Translations under genes and position numbers: made by a program | Notes under the pieces: generated by a model | What the model was told of the DNA's origin: nothing | What the model saw: the letters and a program-made list of their open reading frames with translations, nothing else | The model's database searches: none | Shown here: positions 1 through 6,187 of the stretch, one piece after another | Numbering within the stretch: position 1 is the first letter of the stretch | How the letters are laid out: each line of letters opens with the position of its first letter | From: Rickettsiales bacterium | GTDB lineage: Bacteria; Pseudomonadota; Alphaproteobacteria; Rickettsiales; UBA3002 | Length of the DNA stretch: 36,403 nucleotides | Direction: 5' to 3' | NCBI GenBank assembly: GCA_021300075.1 | Contig: JAJTIB010000012.1 | Location: forward strand, 1-36,403

Positions 1-25
1 ACCAACTGTCCCGCAAGCGGCTCTA

Positions 26-45
26 TGGGACACTGGTGGGACACT
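26..45 (+). repeat. Direct repeat TGGGACACT x2 (26-34 and 37-45), 11-bp register
   Basis: Exact 9-mer read twice, one helical turn apart, in the non-coding left flank. Function unknown; it could be a protein-binding site near the att region. Confidence 0.5.
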
Positions 46-67
46 CGGGCGCAAATAGTCACAAATT

Positions 68-96
68 TTGACAATCGCGCACGAAAGGCATAATCT
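68..96 (+). promoter_or_regulatory. Sigma70-like promoter: TTGACA (68-73), 17-bp spacer, TAATCT (91-96)
   Basis: Consensus -35 hexamer, optimal 17-bp spacer and a plausible -10. It points rightwards into the tRNA-like fragment and antisense to the recombinase gene. Confidence 0.45.
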
Positions 97-161
97 GAAA
101 ATGTGGCGGTGAGGTTGTCGCGGTGGTTTGTAAGAGGTTGTCATTTATCAATAAAAACCGC

Positions 162-219
162 CTTGAAAACTGCCGAGGTGGCAACGCCTCCGTGAGTTCG
201 AATCTCACCTCTTCCGCCA
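162..219 (+). other. tRNA-Ser(UGA)-like 3' fragment (anticodon loop to CCA); candidate att core, not an intact tRNA
   Basis: Elements read:
- CTTGAAA anticodon-loop-like heptamer (162-168).
- Long variable-arm hairpin GAGGTG/CGCCTC (176-190).
- T arm GTGAG-TTCGAAT-CTCAC (192-208).
- Acceptor 3' strand CTCTTCC, then G, then CCA (209-219).
The expected anticodon stem does not pair (ACCGC vs ACTGC). The upstream D-arm region lacks conserved GG. The 5' acceptor candidate GTAAGAG (130-136) pairs at only 6 of 7 positions. Confidence 0.6.
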
Positions 220-1716
220 TTTGATACAATCAGCTTGATTGAGCATCTTATCAAATGGTTTTCTTAATTCATAACAAAGGGTTGCGCCTTTTAGCTGTAG
301 GTTCGCAAATACGAAATTCAGCAACTCGCGTTTTTCCGAAATCGTCGAACCTAACCAGATTTTATCACTGTCCGAAGCGATGGTAAGCAAGGCACAGAGC
401 GTCTTTGTGAACTGGTCGTCTGCTTTATCGTAAGTCAGGATCAATTGGTCGAGTTCGTACTGCCGATCCTTCAGTCGGTTCTTTTTGGTTTCGAACTCCT
501 CCTTGGTGATCTCCCCCTCCAGCCGCAAATCCACCAACCTGTCGAGTTTATCCTGAATCTCGGTGTGCTGCTTTTTCAGCTGCCCCACTTCCTGATTATG
601 AAACGCCTTTTTAGCGCGGTTGGTTTCCTTGATGTAGTCCACGACATTCTGAAGCATCTCAGGATTTTTGATCCCGAGGTGATTGAAAATATCGGCAACC
701 TGTTCCAGCACGCTGTCTTCTCTGACCCACATGATTTTCTCAGCATCGTCAGGCTTCCAACAGCGCAGATATGTCCACTCGGCTGCTTCCCCGTTCTTAT
801 AGATTCTTTTCTTGGTATCGGCGGTGACCATCTTGCCCGTGGTTGCACAGGTTAGCAGGCCGCGGAAGATGAAATCCTTGCCGCGATAACGGAATGGCTT
901 CTTGTTGTACCCCAGCCGCACATCCTCGCAGGCTTTGAACAATTCCCGAGAGATGATGGGCGGATAGCAGTGCGGGTAAAGCACGCCCTTGATTTCCATC
1001 TCGCCATAATAGAACTGCCGCATCATCAGGCGGTATATGGTCGCTTTGTTAAGTGCATAGCCTTTTTTAGTGCGAAGCCCCCAGGCTTTAGCTTTCTGGG
1101 TGATTTCGGATAGTGTGTATGCGCCAGTGGCATATTCCTGAAAAACTTTCTGGATCAGTGGTGCGCGAGATTGGTCAACGACGATATTGCTCTTGCCCTC
1201 GGGTGTGCGCTCGTTTGAATAGCCCAGCGGCGCGGCTCCGTTCCATTCCCCGTTTCTGATCTTATGCTCAATGCTACGCTTGATGTTATCACTCATCGCA
1301 TCCGTGTAGGATTGCGCCATCAAAACCGACATGCTCCACATGGTGCGATCCGTTGACCGCGAATCCCTGTGAATCAGATAATTCTCCGTGTTGAAGTGCA
1401 GTTCGATTGAACCCCGCTGAATGAGATCATCCAGAACGGGGAACTCTCGAAAGCTGCGTTGCACACGGTCAACTTTATCGGCAACAATCGCAATCGGCTC
1501 TTTGTAGCGTTTTGCGAATGCCACCATTTCCATGAACTTGCTACGGTCGCCGCGTGTTGATGACTCGACGATCTCGCATACTTTTATCACTTCAAGTTTT
1601 TTGCGCTTGCAGTAATCATGAAGCCTGTGTTTCTGGGCTTCAATCGAGTAGCCTTCTTCCTGCTCTTTGGAAGATACCCTCGCTAAAATAATTGCTTTTC
1701 TTGCTTCCATATTCAC
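205..1716 (-). CDS. Large serine recombinase (phage integrase type)
   Basis: - N-terminal resolvase catalytic domain with the ILARVSSKEQ motif.
- Central recombinase domain.
- Cys-containing zinc-ribbon-like region (LLTCATTGK...YLRCW).
- C-terminal coiled-coil-rich region.
- 503 aa.
- The last 15 nt overlap the tRNA-like acceptor/CCA segment. Confidence 0.85.
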   Translation of the reverse strand: MNMEARKAIILARVSSKEQEEGYSIEAQKHRLHDYCKRKKLEVIKVCEIVESSTRGDRSKFMEMVAFAKRYKEPIAIVADKVDRVQRSFREFPVLDDLIQRGSIELHFNTENYLIHRDSRSTDRTMWSMSVLMAQSYTDAMSDNIKRSIEHKIRNGEWNGAAPLGYSNERTPEGKSNIVVDQSRAPLIQKVFQEYATGAYTLSEITQKAKAWGLRTKKGYALNKATIYRLMMRQFYYGEMEIKGVLYPHCYPPIISRELFKACEDVRLGYNKKPFRYRGKDFIFRGLLTCATTGKMVTADTKKRIYKNGEAAEWTYLRCWKPDDAEKIMWVREDSVLEQVADIFNHLGIKNPEMLQNVVDYIKETNRAKKAFHNQEVGQLKKQHTEIQDKLDRLVDLRLEGEITKEEFETKKNRLKDRQYELDQLILTYDKADDQFTKTLCALLTIASDSDKIWLGSTISEKRELLNFVFANLQLKGATLCYELRKPFDKMLNQADCIKWRKR

Positions 1717-1973
1717 CCCATCTGTTTAACCAGCGGCGAACGCTGGTGATCGGGGAATTGGAAAAACCGTAAAGATTCGGCTATGACGACCTTTAGGCGT
1801 GAGCCCTGAACATACGTCGTCATCCCCCCGACCATAGGAGTGAGGTCAAGGATTCTACACCATAAGCGGTTGGTGTCACCGATCTTTATCAGGGTTTCCA
1901 CACCCCGACGCGGCTCTCGCTGCGCTGCCTGAAAGATTAACCTACTGGACATGCAGGTCAAATACTTCCTCAC
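1713..1973 (-). CDS. Hypothetical protein (weakly supported)
   Basis: The ORF exactly fills the gap between its neighbours, with 4-nt overlaps at both ends. Its composition is unremarkable and I recognise no motif. Confidence 0.3.
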   Translation of the reverse strand: MRKYLTCMSSRLIFQAAQREPRRGVETLIKIGDTNRLWCRILDLTPMVGGMTTYVQGSRLKVVIAESLRFFQFPDHQRSPLVKQMG

Positions 1974-2170
1974 TTGTTTTCTCGAGCCCGTATCTCGATC
2001 ACTTTCTGGCAGAAGCCCAGCAGGTTTCTCGCTGCTTCATGGGCTTCCTTGTGGGTGATCTTGTTGTCGTACATCTGATAGATGTTATCGACGACGGAAT
2101 CGTAAATATCTCCAAGTGAGCGGCGTTCGGTGGATGCAGTATCGCCTGACTTTTTCGGTGGCTGGTTCAT
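1970..2170 (-). CDS. Small hypothetical phage protein (66 aa)
   Basis: ORF in the minus-strand early operon with a helical, charged composition. No family recognised. Confidence 0.45.
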   Translation of the reverse strand: MNQPPKKSGDTASTERRSLGDIYDSVVDNIYQMYDNKITHKEAHEAARNLLGFCQKVIEIRARENK

Positions 2171-2308
2171 AACGCAACCCCCTTCAAAAAATCAGAAAGG
2201 GATTTTACGAAACGACCCGCGCACTGAGGGGAGAATGATTTCGCGAAAGCAGTTGTACGCACCTCTCGCGATTTTCTCCCTAAACATAGCGAATTCTGTT
2301 CAACGTGT

Positions 2309-2737
2309 TTAGTCTTTTTTTGTTCGAACATTTCGCCCCCCGTTTCGTGAGGTGTTCAGGCGGAAAGCGATCTGCAAAAGCGCAGTGCGCCACATGTGAT
2401 AGGCTGTGGTGCGACCGCAACCGAGCCGCCAACAGATAGGTTTCCACGGCACTTTCGCGGCGCGGAGCCAAATCAGGCGGCGTTCTTCTTCGCGATCCAA
2501 CAGGAAAATCCACTGGATGGTTTCCTCCATGCGGCTAATGGATTCAGCGGAAGGTGGTCCCAGGCGCATCGGCTCCACTTCTGCCTGCAAGTTCTCCATC
2601 ACCGTGCGGACAATCGGCGGCCATGTGCTGAAATAGCCTTTCATTCGGACTGATGGCAGGCGGCGCAGCGTGTAGGCTGCTTCCTCGAAGCGATCAGCAA
2701 TTTCCACCAGCGTGTAGTTTTTGAGGGTCGGTTTCAT
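2309..2737 (-). CDS. Hypothetical prophage protein with C-terminal HTH-like segment
   Basis: 142 aa, start overlapping the stop of the upstream gene. The C-terminal ICWRLGCGRTTAYHMWRTALLQIA segment resembles a sigma-region-4/LuxR-type HTH. From memory it resembles an uncharacterised alphaproteobacterial prophage family. Confidence 0.55.
   Translation of the reverse strand: MKPTLKNYTLVEIADRFEEAAYTLRRLPSVRMKGYFSTWPPIVRTVMENLQAEVEPMRLGPPSAESISRMEETIQWIFLLDREEERRLIWLRAAKVPWKPICWRLGCGRTTAYHMWRTALLQIAFRLNTSRNGGRNVRTKKD
2321..2330. repeat. Palindrome TGTTCGAACA (copy 1)
   Basis: Exact 10-bp palindrome at the 3' end of the 142-aa gene, about 150 bp upstream of the next early gene. Confidence 0.6.
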
Positions 2738-3924
2738 GCGCTGGCCTCCACAATCAATTCGAGGCGCGTCACAGGCGTCTCATGCTTGGTTGCTTCTGCA
2801 AACCAGCGCGTGAGGTCGGCCAGATAGTGCGTGGTGAGCCATTCCTGAATGAACTTGCTTGGGCAGCGCATGGTGACCACCGCGCCGTCGCCGTATTTCA
2901 GAATGCGGATGATGCGTGTGGATGAAAGCCAGCTGCGGCCAGATGCCTTGCCATGCTTTTTCTGGAAAGCCTCCAGCACGCGATCCCACGCCTCTTGCAA
3001 AGCAGGTACGTCGCAGGCAGGTGCTTTGGGTGGATGATTGCCACCCGAGAAACCACCTTCCAGGATTTTTGCCACATGGTCGGAAGATTCCACTGCCCAT
3101 GACAGGTCAATCGTCCAGCCTTTGCCTGCAATCTTGCCAAGGCAAAACTCCGAAGCCCCGATGATCTCGCAGTAGTGCTTCCATGCACGCATGTCCTGCT
3201 GGAAATCATCCAACCACCGCTGTGCCATCTTATCTTGGCGTTTGGGTGTGAGCTTTGCTTTCTGATCTGGGGTCAGTTTGCTCTGCACTTCTGCGTTCCA
3301 GATGTCGAGCATCTGCTCTAAAATCTGTTTTCCACAGCTTGTCTGTTTTTCCCTCTCGGACTCTCTCTTTTCTGCTCTCTCTCTTATTTTTTTATCTGAA
3401 TTTGTTTTCTTTTTTTCTGAATTTGCCTCTGCGTCTGAATCTGGTCTGCTATCTGCTGATCTGTTCTCTGCATCTGCTATCTGTACTCTGCTCTCTGTAT
3501 CTGGGTCGTTTTTGCTGTTTTTGCGCTGCACGGCGTTTCCATCCGCTGCATCGCGTTGCATGGTGTTGCGCGGCGTTGCATCGTGCTGCTTGTCAGCGCG
3601 TGATTTCTGCGAACGCTCCGTGGAAGTGGCATACTGACGCTTATCCCAGCCCGTAAGCCGATGTTTTGCGTCAATCATGCCCTTTTCATAAAAGGTGCGG
3701 AGGATGTCCTCGACAGTCTTTTGCGGGATGTCTTGCACCACCGCAATCTGCTCGGAATCCACCTGCACCGTGCCGCGTGTTTTGTGACGAGAGGCGGCAT
3801 CCAGTACGCAAAGCCATACTGTCACCACATGCGTCATCAGGTGGCCGCAACGCTTTGCGACTACCTTGAGTTTTGCGTCCTCAGGCATACCGTGATAAAC
3901 CCTGTACCATTCGATTGATGTCAT
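2734..3924 (-). CDS. Replication initiator / replisome-organiser-like protein
   Basis: - N-terminal winged-helix-like domain typical of phage replication proteins.
- Long acidic/basic low-complexity linker.
- C-terminal segment (SWLSSTRIIRILKYGDGAVVTMRCPSKFIQEWLTTHYLADL) resembling the DnaA N-terminal domain pattern. Confidence 0.55.
   Translation of the reverse strand: MTSIEWYRVYHGMPEDAKLKVVAKRCGHLMTHVVTVWLCVLDAASRHKTRGTVQVDSEQIAVVQDIPQKTVEDILRTFYEKGMIDAKHRLTGWDKRQYATSTERSQKSRADKQHDATPRNTMQRDAADGNAVQRKNSKNDPDTESRVQIADAENRSADSRPDSDAEANSEKKKTNSDKKIRERAEKRESEREKQTSCGKQILEQMLDIWNAEVQSKLTPDQKAKLTPKRQDKMAQRWLDDFQQDMRAWKHYCEIIGASEFCLGKIAGKGWTIDLSWAVESSDHVAKILEGGFSGGNHPPKAPACDVPALQEAWDRVLEAFQKKHGKASGRSWLSSTRIIRILKYGDGAVVTMRCPSKFIQEWLTTHYLADLTRWFAEATKHETPVTRLELIVEASA
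3383..3503. repeat. Iteron-like repeats plus AT-rich tract inside the replication gene linker (candidate ori)
   Basis: - TCTGAATTTG at 3395-3404 and 3416-3425; TCTGAATCTG at 3434-3443.
- Exact 11-mer TCTGCTATCTG at 3445-3455 and 3473-3483.
- Six ATCTG copies between 3439 and 3503.
- Adjacent T-rich run at 3385-3420.
- The whole region is a strongly strand-asymmetric pyrimidine tract on the plus strand. Confidence 0.35.
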
Positions 3925-3932
3925 GTGCGTGC

Positions 3933-4178
3933 CTACGAGCGTCTGTCACGACGCTTGCCTTCTTCACGCAGCTTGAAATTGATCGCGCCCTGAACCCAGT
4001 CCTTGGCCAGTTTTGCGCTGAAAATGGTGCCTTTGACCTGCTGCTTTTCAGCTTTCGCCAGTTCTTTTTCTGCCTGTGCCAGCAGCTTTTTAAGAGCCTT
4101 CATGTCCATTTTCATGAGGGTGCGGATGGGTGTTTTCCGCATCTCATCGAGTGTCATTTTTTCTTTGGGATTATTCAT
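3933..4178 (-). CDS. Small hypothetical protein (81 aa), first gene of the leftward early operon
   Basis: Lys/Glu-rich helical protein. GGAGG-type RBS (ggaggcaacc) upstream of the ATG. No family recognised. Confidence 0.5.
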   Translation of the reverse strand: MNNPKEKMTLDEMRKTPIRTLMKMDMKALKKLLAQAEKELAKAEKQQVKGTIFSAKLAKDWVQGAINFKLREEGKRRDRRS

Positions 4179-4209
4179 GGTTGCCTCCGTTGGTTAAGAA
4201 CGGCTCGTT

Positions 4210-4228
4210 TGTTCGAACTGTTCGAACG
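4210..4228. promoter_or_regulatory. Tandem overlapping palindromes TGTTCGAAC-T-GTTCGAAC (copies 2 and 3), candidate operator
   Basis: Two GTTCGAAC cores sharing one T, located 32-50 bp upstream of the start of the 81-aa gene in the intergenic region. Confidence 0.5.
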
Positions 4229-4247
4229 GCAACCTGACGGACGAGTG

Positions 4248-4380
4248 CTAGGGCTGGCGTGAGGCTCGCATAGGTGTCATTGAGGGCTTGGGTAGGGCTT
4301 GAAAGCCTCGGGCTAATCTAGGGCGAGCCTAGTGCAAGCCTCAGACATGCCTCGGGCTTGTCTAGGGCAAGTATAGGGCT
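4248..4380. repeat. Array of TAGGGC-type motifs, candidate operator or iteron array
   Basis: - Exact TAGGGC at 4249, 4293, 4319, 4363 and 4374.
- Variants GAGGGC at 4282 and CGGGC at 4309 and 4353.
- Several spacings are 10-11 bp.
- Imperfect inverted pair TGAGGCTCGC (4260-4269) / GCGAGCCT (4323-4330), plus GCAAGCCTCA (4335-4344). Confidence 0.55.
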
Positions 4381-4387
4381 TTTGATT

Positions 4388-4915
4388 TTAAGAAGCGGGA
4401 TGGATGATAAACGTCACCACACCATGCACCTTGAGTTCTTCACCTTCTTTGATGAGAATCGGGTCATAGTTGGGATTTTCTGGCACCAGCATGATGTGGC
4501 CGTTTTGACGGAACAGACGTTTCACGGTGAGTTCACCATTGAGCGATACGATCACGATGTCTTTATGCTCGGGCAGTTTCGCGGTATCCACCACCAGCAC
4601 GTCATCTTCTTTGATGCCTGCATCCACCATTGAATCACCCGATACGCGCACCAGGTAGGTGGAATCAGGGGCTTTCACCATCAGTTCGTTCAGATCAATC
4701 GTGTCATCCACATGGTCTTCGAGCGGCGTGGGAATCCCAGCGGGAATGCGGGAAGAATACATCGGGACTTTGTATCCCTTGTTTTCCACATACCTACACA
4801 CATCCCCTAATAGGCTAAGTGGAATGCGAACTGGTTTTGTCGTTTCACCAAAGCGTCCCTGGCCTTTTGGTCTTCCTGCGCCTTTGCGTTTACCGCCGTG
4901 CGGTGTAGTTGACAC
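4388..4915 (-). CDS. S24 family autopeptidase (UmuD/LexA-like), probable SOS-cleavable prophage repressor with a non-HTH N-terminus
   Basis: - C-terminal domain aligns by eye to UmuD: Ala-Gly cleavage site (RIPAGIPTP), Ser nucleophile in SGDSMVDAGI, Lys in LTVKRL.
- The ~50-aa N-terminus is Gly/Arg/Lys-rich (GGKRKGAGRPKGQGR) with no recognisable HTH.
- GTG start. Confidence 0.75.
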   Translation of the reverse strand: MSTTPHGGKRKGAGRPKGQGRFGETTKPVRIPLSLLGDVCRYVENKGYKVPMYSSRIPAGIPTPLEDHVDDTIDLNELMVKAPDSTYLVRVSGDSMVDAGIKEDDVLVVDTAKLPEHKDIVIVSLNGELTVKRLFRQNGHIMLVPENPNYDPILIKEGEELKVHGVVTFIIHPAS

Positions 4916-4940
4916 TGAGAGTTCCCCCGTAGGTTGTTAA

Positions 4941-4975
4941 TGCTATTGACGCTTCATAGCAAAATACTGTACATA
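4941..4975 (+). promoter_or_regulatory. Candidate rightward promoter with overlapping dyad in the divergent intergenic region
   Basis: TTGACG (4946-4951), then TACATA (4970-4975) after 18 bp. The inverted repeat TGCTAT-N9-ATAGCA (4941-4961) overlaps the -35. Confidence 0.3.
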
Positions 4976-5026
4976 ATTCAAGAGGCATAAAAAACTAAGA
5001 TTAGCAAGCAAAATCGGGGGGCTGCC

Positions 5027-5815
5027 ATGCCATTTCCTGAGAGGGAGTATTATTCACTGGAGCATTTAACGCGGCGATGGGCAGTCACTTTGGAAGAAGT
5101 GCAACATGCAATCGCCACGGGAAAACTTATTGCCTCCGCTTGGCTTCAACCCACCTACGCTTACACGGTGACAGAATATTCCCCTGATGAAGCGCGTCGA
5201 TCCGCACCGCATCCGCTTGAAGGATACGTCTGTGTTGCGCCAGAATCCTGCCGAATCCTGTTCTCGCGTGGCAGTGTCGGGCGGCGCAAGTTCCCCACCC
5301 GCGAAGAAAATTGCTTTCACATGATTGTCGAGCATTTGGACAAAGTGGAACTTTGCGTCAGCGATTTGGTGATACTTAATGAGGATCTGCGGCAATTCGA
5401 AAAACTGCATAATTTAGCCGCGCATAACCCCTGCAAAATAATTAGTGTACATAAAATCAAAACCACCGCTTCATCCATAGTTCACAAGCCTTTCAGCCAG
5501 CAGAATGATTGCCGCGTGGTGGCCTTAAATGGCTACCGCTTCAACTTCGGTGACATTCAGGCCGCTATCATCCGCCAGCTGCTCGCCGCTTCCAATACCG
5601 ATAATCCGTGGGTGCATGGGAAAACTCTACTCGCAAATGCGGGATCAACTTCGATGGTGATGCGCGATGCGTTCCGTCACCAACCAAACTGGAAGGAATT
5701 GATAGCAGCCGATGGGCGCGGATATTACCGCCTGAGTCCTACCTGTAGCCCTATACAAGCCCTAGGTGAGTCACATGCGACACACACGGAGCCTTATTCA
5801 AGAACTAATCAATGA
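5027..5815 (+). CDS. Putative DNA-binding regulator (N-terminal excisionase/MerR-like HTH, C-terminal winged-helix-like), family unknown
   Basis: - 262 aa, divergent from the S24 gene.
- The N-terminal YSLEHLTRRWAVTLEEVQHAIATGKL segment resembles AlpA/Xis-type HTHs.
- The C-terminal ...WKELIAADGRGYYRLS segment resembles the end of OmpR-type winged helices.
- No confident family assignment. Confidence 0.45.
   Translation: MPFPEREYYSLEHLTRRWAVTLEEVQHAIATGKLIASAWLQPTYAYTVTEYSPDEARRSAPHPLEGYVCVAPESCRILFSRGSVGRRKFPTREENCFHMIVEHLDKVELCVSDLVILNEDLRQFEKLHNLAAHNPCKIISVHKIKTTASSIVHKPFSQQNDCRVVALNGYRFNFGDIQAAIIRQLLAASNTDNPWVHGKTLLANAGSTSMVMRDAFRHQPNWKELIAADGRGYYRLSPTCSPIQALGESHATHTEPYSRTNQ
5747..5765 (-). 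repeat. Inverted copy of the 19-bp element CTAGGGCWWGTATAGGGCT (partner at 4362-4380)
   Basis: The reverse complement of 5747-5765 is CTAGGGCTTGTATAGGGCT. The plus strand at 4362-4380 is CTAGGGCAAGTATAGGGCT, so 17 of 19 positions are identical. Confidence 0.7.
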
Positions 5816-5826
5816 TGTTCGAACAT
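5815..5826. promoter_or_regulatory. Palindrome ATGTTCGAACAT (copy 4), candidate operator upstream of a promoter-like sequence
   Basis: Perfect 12-bp palindrome overlapping the last base of the 262-aa gene's stop codon. It lies 6 bp upstream of the TTGAAA -35-like hexamer. Confidence 0.5.
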
Positions 5827-5831
5827 GTTAG

Positions 5832-5859
5832 TTGAAATTTAACCACACTCAGTTATGAT
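5832..5859 (+). promoter_or_regulatory. Candidate promoter TTGAAA-N16-TATGAT at the left edge of the metal island
   Basis: TTGAAA at 5832-5837 and TATGAT at 5854-5859. The predicted start site falls near the ATG at 5867 (MKKVIL...), so the mRNA could be leaderless or have a very short leader. Confidence 0.3.
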
Positions 5860-6187
5860 GCGTGTCATGAAAAAAGTTATTCTTTCACTATTTATTGCTC
5901 TTTCGCTGCTTGTTGCGCCCATCGCACATGCTGCTGGCATGAATTGTGAGGGCGATAACTGCCAGATGACTGAGCAATCGAAGAAACAGTCCAAGAGCGA
6001 AAAGCAGGATGATGGCAAAATGGCTAATGCTGGTCACCACTGCTGCTGCCCTCATGTATCTTCCATACCTAACCTGACTGTGGCTGAACCAATGAAAGTT
6101 TCCAGCCGCACGGTTTTCGTTCTTGAGCAGGATGCCACAACATCCGTAGTGGTCGGACCACCACTCAAACCACCCTCCCACGCTTAA
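5855..6187 (+). CDS. Small secreted Cys/His-containing protein (CzcI-position protein)
   Basis: - Signal peptide MKKVILSLFIALSLLVAPIAHA.
- HHCCCPH cluster.
- C-terminal LKPPSHA.
- It sits directly upstream of the OMF gene, as czcI does in the Cupriavidus czc operon.
- The real start may be the ATG at 5867. Confidence 0.6.
   Translation: MMRVMKKVILSLFIALSLLVAPIAHAAGMNCEGDNCQMTEQSKKQSKSEKQDDGKMANAGHHCCCPHVSSIPNLTVAEPMKVSSRTVFVLEQDATTSVVVGPPLKPPSHA

Noticed and set aside
103-219. An intact tRNA-Ser, tRNA-Sec or tmRNA gene
   Set aside because: - Only the 3' portion folds.
- The anticodon stem (ACCGC/ACTGC) does not pair.
- The D region lacks conserved GG.
- The 5' acceptor candidate has a mismatch.
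- The discriminator is G, not the A expected for tmRNA.
- The T-stem leaves no room for the 8-bp acceptor stem of tRNA-Sec.
445-855. 136-aa plus-strand and 90-aa minus-strand ORFs inside the recombinase gene
   Set aside because: They overlap a 503-aa ORF with clear serine-recombinase motifs. No independent support.
3255-3656. 133-aa and 119-aa plus-strand ORFs rich in Leu/Phe/Ser/Cys
   Set aside because: They are translations of the pyrimidine tract antisense to the replication gene linker. They are low-complexity, with no start context.
4210-4228. An alphaproteobacterial LexA (SOS) box, GTTC-N7-GTTC
   Set aside because: The GTTC (and GAAC) units are separated by 5 nt, not 7. The other copies are single palindromes. 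The TACTGTAC string at 4965-4972 is only half of a gamma-type CTGT-N8-ACAG box.
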